From IMG/VR virus record IMGVR_UViG_3300025314_000014, positions 4,371-68,370 of that record: 64,000 nucleotides of DNA. The stretch is one strand, 5' to 3'. Shown piece after piece: positions 57,430 to 64,000 of this stretch. Positions within the stretch are counted from its first letter, which is position 1, and every line of letters begins with the position of its first letter. The position numbers were made by a program, and so were the translations under genes. This DNA is from a virus. Its lineage: Duplodnaviria; Caudoviricetes. The notes beneath the pieces are model-generated. The model saw nothing but the letters and a program-made list of their open reading frames with translations. It was not told the DNA's origin and made no database searches.

Positions 57430-57466
57430 CGAACGCATAGTGAGTAGATAGCGCGTAGATAGCATC

Positions 57467-57814
57467 CTAGACCGCTAGGGACAGCCGTTCGGGTTCCCAG
57501 GTTTTAATACGGTGGCAGATTGCACATAGGACAGTGCATTTTGCCACCTCTTTTTTTAGTCTGTTGAGGGTGTAGCTACCCACCATCGCACTGACCGGAG
57601 CAAACTTAGTGGATGGGTCAATGTGGTCTAAGTCCAAAGCGTAGGCATGCTCGTTGTATCCACAATGTTGACACCCTAGAGACAATATGACATGGGACAC
57701 ATTGTACGCGCCAACAGACGGCGCGTTTTTTGTTGCCCATACCCCAACAGCGGCCCCATATCTGTTGACCGCACATGCGCGTGCTGGCGACCCTCTGACA
57801 GCCGAAACGCGCAA
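57467..57814 (-). CDS. HNH endonuclease (N-terminus uncertain, possibly truncated)
   Basis: GCQHCG...LDLDHIDP...EVAKCTVLCAICHRIKT. Confidence 0.75.
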   Translation of the reverse strand: MRVSAVRGSPARACAVNRYGAAVGVWATKNAPSVGAYNVSHVILSLGCQHCGYNEHAYALDLDHIDPSTKFAPVSAMVGSYTLNRLKKEVAKCTVLCAICHRIKTWEPERLSLAV

Positions 57815-57977
57815 ATCTCACGGCTCAAGGCTAGGGTAAGGGCTAAGGGTAAACTCGCCTGTCGGTATGCGTTATTTTGGTAGACAGTCGGCGAGAAACT
57901 GTGCAAAGCTGGGCAATTCTCTCTCCGACTAAGTGATAGGCCGTGCCTTAATAAGACTCCCGCGAATCACTGCTTCT

Positions 57978-58006
57978 AGCATAACATATTTAAGCAAGTT
58001 TGTCAA
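57978..58006 (-). promoter_or_regulatory. Sigma70-type promoter upstream of the HNH region
   Basis: TTGACA-17-TATGCT with TGn; flanks similar to the promoter at 55978. Confidence 0.65.
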
Positions 58007-58108
58007 GCCCCAAGCACAGGCGTAAGGCATAAGGGTAGACTGTGGGTGCGTAAGGGGTTATTGAGAAAGGCAGGGGCGAAGTATCTATAGGCAAGCGATA
58101 GTCTGGGG

Positions 58109-58136
58109 TTGACATCGGGTGCGGTTGTGGTAAAAT
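58109..58136 (+). promoter_or_regulatory. Early promoter B1
   Basis: TCTGGGG-TTGACA-16-TAAAAT with TGn. Confidence 0.65.
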
Positions 58137-58380
58137 GATGGTGGCCGACTGGAGAGCGGTCACTAGAGAGAGGAGAAGAAATGAGAGACCAAGCTGGCAA
58201 GATTGTTGATTACAATATCCGATTTCAAGATGGGGCTATAGTCTTGGAGTTTGTACCTTACATAGACAAGACTAAGTATTACTATATTGGGATGTCAGAT
58301 GATGATGTTGTAAGACTTATCTCAGACTTATCTAAGGCACTAGCAAGGAGGTGAGCACCTATCTCTGAGCCTATCTGGGG

Positions 58381-58409
58381 TTGACACGATTCTCGGAGTG
58401 TGCGATAAT
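58381..58409 (+). promoter_or_regulatory. Early promoter B2
   Basis: TCTGGGG-TTGACA-17-GATAAT with TGn. Confidence 0.65.
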
Positions 58410-58740
58410 AGTCGTGGCCGCTCCGAATGGGGCGGCAAGGAGAGAAAAGGAGAGACAGCAATGGCAACAGAGCTAGAACTTCTCGAACACAAAGCACTAA
58501 TGCGTAAGCTCGCAGGACAGAAGGCCGCACGTACACGAGCAAGGAGGGCAAAGAAGGTAGAGTATCCTAATCCCCTGAGCACGGCGATTGTTATTCATGG
58601 TAGGGAGTATATCCCTTATCGGAATTCGAGGAGTTAACATGATGATATGTGACGTATGCTTTACAGATTCTTGGGGCCAATGCATAGACAACCGCGCCGC
58701 TATCGCCGCCGTGAAAGAGATAGACCAACAGGAGTAAAGC

Positions 58741-60111
58741 ATGAACGCACCTCAATGCATCTTTGGACATGGTGTTGCTGTTGTTACTTGGACTCTTTCA
58801 GAACCGCGTAACATAAAACAATACAAGGAGGATGTTTATCTCTGTAAGGACTGCTACAACGAAATAATCAGATTAGCAGGAACATTAGGATATGCGGATG
58901 CACCATTTATGTATATGGTACAAATGCATGATGCCCTTGTCTCTGCCCATTCTCTGTCTTGTGTAATCTGTCTATTTGAGGGAACGAGAAGTATCGAGGG
59001 CTTGTATTGGTGTGCGAAGCATTACCAAACTGCCGAAAAGGTAGCACAATCTACTGGGGAGACTTTTGACCTATTATCGGCTGTGCAAAGATTCCTGTGG
59101 AAACTGCAATTAGAGTGTGAGGAATGCAAGGAAGATACTAATAGGTGTCCAAATTGTGCGGAGTGTGAGTGTGAGGGGTGCGACCATTGGTGTTCAGACT
59201 GCAATGAGTTCGTGAGGGGGTTTTCGGTTTGCGGGGACTGTGGAGTTCGGAGTTGTTCTAGCTGCGCCTCTTGGTGTGGCGATTGTGGCACCTGTACTGA
59301 TTGCTGCCACTCATGCAGACGTTGTGGTGAGTGTACTAGCAGCGCCTCTTGGTGTGGCGATTGTGGCACCTGTACTGATTGCTGCCACTCATGCAGACGT
59401 TGTGGTGAGTGTACTAGCAGCGGTGCATGTGACTGCGGGCACGATTCCGAATCTGATGTGGCTGTAGGAGATTGGGGGTTGCCCATTGTGTTTAAGCTAC
59501 ACCAAGCGGCGGCCACATTCTATACTCTAGCAACTATGGCCGAGCGTGACCCAAGCTACAAGCAAGAGTTTGAGAACTACGCGAAGGAACTGGCCGAAGT
59601 CTTTGCTCCTTATCTAGACATGGCTGTTGGTGGGGAGATTAGGTATGGGTCGGAGACGATTGGTGATGGTGAGGCTAAGAGACTGATGCCTAGAATACAC
59701 AAAAGGTATCGTAAGTATGGTAACATCAATCGAGGCAAGGCGTGGGCAGAGTGGAAAACCCTGCGCGATGAGTATGGCACTGACATTCTTAGAGAGGCGG
59801 AGTACGCTCTAGAAGAAGGCAAGTGGGGAAGGTCAGTAGGTGGTCATGCTTGGGCACAAGTGGCGGCCACACTCAGGCAGTTCGAGGAGGGTGAGATTAG
59901 TGTGGTCACATTTGTTGATACCGCTTTCGGACTGGAGCATAACAACGGCTGCATATTCAACAAACTGTGGACGACGTATGGGCTCAAAGATATACTCGAT
60001 GCCAACTTGGAGGGTAGAATAGAGTACGTTGAGAAGCATCTGCCGGAAGAAGAACCACACACTAAGCGTTATCATGCGTGGAAACAGTTTGGTTCCCACA
60101 CGTTTAGATAG
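58741..60111 (+). CDS. Cys-rich protein with helical C-terminal domain of unknown function
   Basis: Dense CxxC array; C-domain with GGHAWAQVA...FVD...EHNNG.IFNK. Confidence 0.7.
   Translation: MNAPQCIFGHGVAVVTWTLSEPRNIKQYKEDVYLCKDCYNEIIRLAGTLGYADAPFMYMVQMHDALVSAHSLSCVICLFEGTRSIEGLYWCAKHYQTAEKVAQSTGETFDLLSAVQRFLWKLQLECEECKEDTNRCPNCAECECEGCDHWCSDCNEFVRGFSVCGDCGVRSCSSCASWCGDCGTCTDCCHSCRRCGECTSSASWCGDCGTCTDCCHSCRRCGECTSSGACDCGHDSESDVAVGDWGLPIVFKLHQAAATFYTLATMAERDPSYKQEFENYAKELAEVFAPYLDMAVGGEIRYGSETIGDGEAKRLMPRIHKRYRKYGNINRGKAWAEWKTLRDEYGTDILREAEYALEEGKWGRSVGGHAWAQVAATLRQFEEGEISVVTFVDTAFGLEHNNGCIFNKLWTTYGLKDILDANLEGRIEYVEKHLPEEEPHTKRYHAWKQFGSHTFR
59264..59422 (+). repeat. Exact 78-bp tandem duplication (in frame, 26 aa)
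   Basis: Copies start at 59264 and 59342; encode ASWCGDCGTCTDCCHSCRRCGECTSS. Confidence 0.95.
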
Positions 60112-60119
60112 GAGAGCGA

Positions 60120-61676
60120 ATGACAATAACAAAACCAACTGAGGCGGTACACTGTAGGCTATGTAAGACAGAGATGAAAGTCGACGGGCTACTTTACTAT
60201 TGCAAGGAAACAAACTGTGACACATTCCCTGTCTGTGACTTGTGCCTATGTCATGATTGTGGCCGGTGTGATTTGTGCTGCACTTGTATAGAGCAAGAGG
60301 TATGGGCGGGAGGTAATCTATACTGTTTCACTTGTGGAAGTGTGGAATACCACGCACTAGAATCAGAAGACGGACTAGCAACCAACGCCGATGCTATCTG
60401 TGTGAAGTGTAAGACCACTTTCGGCAAGGACGTGAGCGTAGCTGACATTAGCATTGAGAAACTGTATTCAGATGGTGTAAATTTTGAGTTCCTTGTGTGG
60501 TGGGAGAAGAACGTGCTCAACATACCTGACACTACCGATGAGAACGACCCCGCTGATACAGAAGAAGAGGATGAGGATTACATCTTCTGTGCCAGATGTG
60601 GCACAAACCAACAGCACAAGTTTCTCTATCGTGTGGTCATGGGGACGACGAACAATACATCTCCTAAGTTAGAGTGCCTAGTTTGTGGGCAGACACGATT
60701 CCATAGATTTCGCAAAATGTCTGATGGTTCGTTCACTGAGGTTGGGACAGGGCAGGGCGTAACACCTAGTCTGGCAAGCACGTACCACCGGAGCAACGTA
60801 TACAATTATGGGAGATACGAGAACTCACAGTGGTACGGCGGAGGATTTCACAACTGCGACCACTGGCGTGACCCTGTGAAACTAGGAGAATACACTGTCT
60901 ATGCCTCTGCATCCTCCGATAAGAATAGTGCGAAGGACACGGACATACGACCGGACTATGGCTTCTACTTCTCTACTATCTCGTGGTCGCATAAACTGAC
61001 GGTGACGCCGGACTTCCCAAGAGAATTGGTAAAGATAGATGTGGCTTTCCCGTGCCTGTTCTACGACTGGACAGACATGAGCGCACCGCGTAGTCCATAC
61101 ATACTACACATTGTCAAGGCTGCGACAGAGCTAATAAAAGAGGGCAAGAAGGTAGACATTGGGTGCATGGGGGGACATGGCAGGACGGGCACGTTCATGG
61201 CACTGTTGGCGGTAGAGTTGTTAGAGATGACGGCGCTAGATGCTATCAACCTGGTGCGAAAGAACCACTGTCAAGAAGCCATCGAAACCTACGCACAACG
61301 AGCGTTCATCTACGGGTTTGCTGGTGAACCTACCCCGCCCGCTCCTGTCAGTCTTAGTGCATCAACTAATAAGAATCAAGGCACGAAATACAAGACGCGG
61401 GCTGAGAAGAAGGAAGGTAAGAAGCAGCGTAAGGCAAGACGAATAGCATTTAGGGAGAAGGTGAAGGAGGCACAGGGTCGAGGAGTCACTAGGCTTGCAG
61501 ATTTTGAGACTAATGGGTTCTACTGGCAGTGCAAGAGTTGTTGTACCATGCTACAGTCTATGATTGAACGACCACACGGAAGGAACGACACGACGGACGA
61601 CATTTACTGCACATCCTGTACAGAAAAGACACATCATGTGCGGCCAGCGATTCTATGGGAGGAGTTTAAGGCATGA
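60120..61676 (+). CDS. Zinc-finger-flanked protein-tyrosine/dual-specificity phosphatase-family protein
   Basis: P-loop GCMGGHGRTG (CX5R), acid loop WTDMSAP, Q-loop AIETYAQ; multiple CxxC pairs. Confidence 0.85.
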   Translation: MTITKPTEAVHCRLCKTEMKVDGLLYYCKETNCDTFPVCDLCLCHDCGRCDLCCTCIEQEVWAGGNLYCFTCGSVEYHALESEDGLATNADAICVKCKTTFGKDVSVADISIEKLYSDGVNFEFLVWWEKNVLNIPDTTDENDPADTEEEDEDYIFCARCGTNQQHKFLYRVVMGTTNNTSPKLECLVCGQTRFHRFRKMSDGSFTEVGTGQGVTPSLASTYHRSNVYNYGRYENSQWYGGGFHNCDHWRDPVKLGEYTVYASASSDKNSAKDTDIRPDYGFYFSTISWSHKLTVTPDFPRELVKIDVAFPCLFYDWTDMSAPRSPYILHIVKAATELIKEGKKVDIGCMGGHGRTGTFMALLAVELLEMTALDAINLVRKNHCQEAIETYAQRAFIYGFAGEPTPPAPVSLSASTNKNQGTKYKTRAEKKEGKKQRKARRIAFREKVKEAQGRGVTRLADFETNGFYWQCKSCCTMLQSMIERPHGRNDTTDDIYCTSCTEKTHHVRPAILWEEFKA

Positions 61677-62029
61677 AAGAACGTAAGAGCCGCCCGTCTC
61701 TACTGGTTTTGTCAGACCGTGATGCGCTACTGAAAAAACTATTGGCTGAATTTCAAAGGCATAACGTAGGTAAGGAACAGATTATTAATTTCCTACTTCA
61801 CATATTTGCACAGTGCGCCCACCCCCAAGAGACTCTAATATTGTGGGGAGGTACGGAATCGCTCAAAGCAATAGTGAAAATAAATAAGAAATTAGAAGAG
61901 GTAATACACAGCCTACAAACTAGAGTAATTGATGTAGATGGTACTGTGCGTAATATAGCGCTCTATAGTAGTTCGTGGGAGTTGTTTGCAGAGACCTTGA
62001 CAGGAGCTAAGGGTGAGGACGCCACTTAG
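61673..62029 (+). CDS. Hypothetical protein
   Basis: 118 aa, coupled to the phosphatase gene (ATGA). Confidence 0.5.
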   Translation: MKERKSRPSLLVLSDRDALLKKLLAEFQRHNVGKEQIINFLLHIFAQCAHPQETLILWGGTESLKAIVKINKKLEEVIHSLQTRVIDVDGTVRNIALYSSSWELFAETLTGAKGEDAT

Positions 62030-62270
62030 GTCTAGTCCGTTTCGGGCGGTAAAGGGGAGAGTCGAAAAGGTTTTGAGAAGTGAATAAGAAGATGTGTTGC
62101 CACGAGATGTGGAGGTTTAGAAAAGCTGAGGGATGTACCCCCCACCTATGGAATAACCTTATCTGGGGTTGTGACGACAATTTTGAGGTTCCTATAAGCT
62201 ACTGCCCGTGGTGTGGTACACAAATAAACCCAGACCCGCGAGATTTCCTCCCGTTGGAGTCTGGTCTACC

Positions 62271-63791
62271 ATGATAGAGGAAATTTTCGCCGGACTAGGG
62301 CCACGCTACGCTGAGGCACGAGAGATGCAAAGAAATATCTTAATTAAAATAGCCCGTGAATTGGGGACAATATCTTCAACTAAATTAGGCAGGCTTACTA
62401 TGCTAGAGCTGCCCACTGGAATCGGGAAGTCTGCAATTGCTATATCATTGGCAGAATTGATAGGTTCACCGTTCACTGTCATCAATACGGCCACCATATC
62501 TTTGCAGAACCAATACGATGCGGACTTCCCTCGTGTCTGCAAACTGGTAGGCAGGGATAACTTCGAGTGCACCCTGAGATACAAGACTACGGCAGCGAAC
62601 GCTCCGTGTGTAGCTGACTCGTCTATATCTTGTAACTCTGACTTTTATGCACAGGAGGAGGAGTACAGACGCTCGGCAGTAGTGGTAACAAACTATGCAT
62701 TGTATATGTCTGAGCTACTGAAGGGTAAGCGATGGCATGAGCGCCGTCCACACCTGTTAGTCTGTGATGAGGGGCACCGACTGTTAGATTTCCTCACTCA
62801 AGCAGAGACAATCACTGTTGACCGGAGATTGTGCGAGAAGCTTAACCTAAAGGTTCCAGCGTCCAACGAGATAGAACCTATGCAAACTTGGGCAAAGCTC
62901 AATGTAGACAAGGTTCGTAAACGTGCCTTCGGTCTGACGTTATCTGGCAGTAAATGGGCAAAGGCTTGGTTATCTCTTATGTACCAGCTACAGGGACTAG
63001 CCACAAGTCCGGCGGGGCTTATAGTAACCCGTGCCGATGACTTGTTTGAGGCTACTCCACTCTGGCCCCGTAAGAGCGCCGAATCTTTGCTCCAGTCTGC
63101 CAATCATGTATTAGTTATGTCAGCCACATTATGGGGAGGAGACTTTTTTGCAGAATTGTTAGGGTACAAGGATGACTACAAGTATATATCTGCACCGTCC
63201 CCATTTGACAAATGGCGCTGGCCGGTGTATTATAGACCCGTGGCTTCGATGAACAAGGATTCGTCCGTCAAGGACTGGGAAAGGATGGGGTTAGCATGTC
63301 ATGAATACATACACAGCAGAAGTGGGGATAAAGGAATCATCCACGTCGCCTCTGTATCTCAGGTGGATAGGCTGGCAAGGACAATCTTACGGTGTCAGGA
63401 CTGCCGGTCTAGGCTGGTACTTCTACGTCGTGGAGGGAAACGTGTTGAGACTCTTGACAGGTTTCGAGCAAGCAAGGCAGGATGGATTATACACCCATCA
63501 ATCGGAGAAGGAGAGTCCTTCGACGACGAGCAATGTCGAATCCAACTTATTGCCAAGATTAGATATCCAGACTTGGCTGACCCACTCGTCAATCTTCGTG
63601 CAAACGATGGGGGAATGGGACAAAAGTTTTATTTCAATTCCACTGCCGCCTACACTAGTCAAACTATTGGAAGAGGAATGCGAAGTGCCGATGATTACTG
63701 CGAAACCTACATTTTGGACGGGAGTTTTGCAAACCTGTATGACCGGAATAAAAAGGCTTTTCCTCAGTGGTTCCACGACCAACTGAGGTAG
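62271..63791 (+). CDS. DinG/XPD-family SF2 DNA helicase (start revised to 62271)
   Basis: Q-motif REMQ, ELPTGIGKS, LQNQY, GRDNFEC, DEGH, MSAT, QTIGRGMRSADD. Confidence 0.88.
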   Translation: MIEEIFAGLGPRYAEAREMQRNILIKIARELGTISSTKLGRLTMLELPTGIGKSAIAISLAELIGSPFTVINTATISLQNQYDADFPRVCKLVGRDNFECTLRYKTTAANAPCVADSSISCNSDFYAQEEEYRRSAVVVTNYALYMSELLKGKRWHERRPHLLVCDEGHRLLDFLTQAETITVDRRLCEKLNLKVPASNEIEPMQTWAKLNVDKVRKRAFGLTLSGSKWAKAWLSLMYQLQGLATSPAGLIVTRADDLFEATPLWPRKSAESLLQSANHVLVMSATLWGGDFFAELLGYKDDYKYISAPSPFDKWRWPVYYRPVASMNKDSSVKDWERMGLACHEYIHSRSGDKGIIHVASVSQVDRLARTILRCQDCRSRLVLLRRGGKRVETLDRFRASKAGWIIHPSIGEGESFDDEQCRIQLIAKIRYPDLADPLVNLRANDGGMGQKFYFNSTAAYTSQTIGRGMRSADDYCETYILDGSFANLYDRNKKAFPQWFHDQLR

Positions 63792-63808
63792 TGAAAGGAG
63801 ATGTGATA

Positions 63809-64000
63809 ATGGGGCTAAACACGAAATGTAAAGTTCACGGAAACGCACACCCTGACTTCATGTGCCCAGATGAGGATGAAGATACAACTTCTTTCGCCCG
63901 CTCCCTCGCTGCCGCCCGTCTTGAGGTCGCAGCGAAGGAATCCGAGTTGTCGGTTGTTCAGCGAGACTTGAACGGTGCGAATGCCTACATCGAGGAGGTT
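63809..64000 (+). CDS. Partial coiled-coil accessory protein sharing a segment with 26638..27198
   Basis: AAAGGAG SD; MGLNTKCKVHG...SLAAARLEVAAKESELSVVQRDLNGANAYIEEV runs off the window. Confidence 0.75.
   Translation, partial: MGLNTKCKVHGNAHPDFMCPDEDEDTTSFARSLAAARLEVAAKESELSVVQRDLNGANAYIEEV
63920..64000 (+). repeat. 81-bp exact repeat, copy 2 (may continue past the window)
   Basis: Identical to 26794..26874. Confidence 0.95.

Larger units (their letters stand above)
36330..64000. mobile_element. Phage genome B (podovirus-like, partial; continues past window end); left boundary approximate
   Basis: Second TerS/TerL/portal/scaffold/capsid set and second early arm. Shared promoter and leader motifs link the 36.3-39.8 kb fibre genes to this module. 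Confidence 0.75.

Noticed and set aside
59264-59422. Tandem repeat as a CRISPR array or DGR template/variable repeat
   Set aside because: Copies are adjacent, identical and in frame, with no spacers, no adenine-specific differences and no reverse transcriptase in the window.

Overview
The whole window is tailed-phage DNA with no host housekeeping genes, rRNA, tRNA or CRISPR array. It reads as two related but strongly diverged podovirus-like genomes in tandem, each with a minus-strand morphogenesis arm and a divergent plus-strand early arm. Phage A (about 1-36.3 kb) has TerS-TerL-portal-internal proteins-scaffold and an epsilon15-gp7-like capsid at 1-13.3 kb. Its early and replication genes at 13.4-30.6 kb include an MCM-like AAA+ ATPase, a Tad1-type anti-defence sponge, Cas4-like and XPF nucleases, a DNA methyltransferase and PolA. 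Lysis and short-tail genes follow at 30.6-36.3 kb. Phage B (about 36.3 kb to past the window end) has tail fibres and a second complete, syntenic head/packaging module with a capsid protein of a different family. Its early arm has an ORF caged by inverted repeats, an HNH nuclease, Cys-rich proteins, a CX5R phosphatase and a DinG-like helicase. The two genomes share an exact tract of at least 81 bp, and both appear to avoid GATC, which points to a common host, tentatively a peptidoglycan-bearing Chloroflexota. The sequence alone cannot show whether this is a real two-head-module cointegrate or an assembly/concatenation join. All family calls come from reading motifs by eye; no searches were run.
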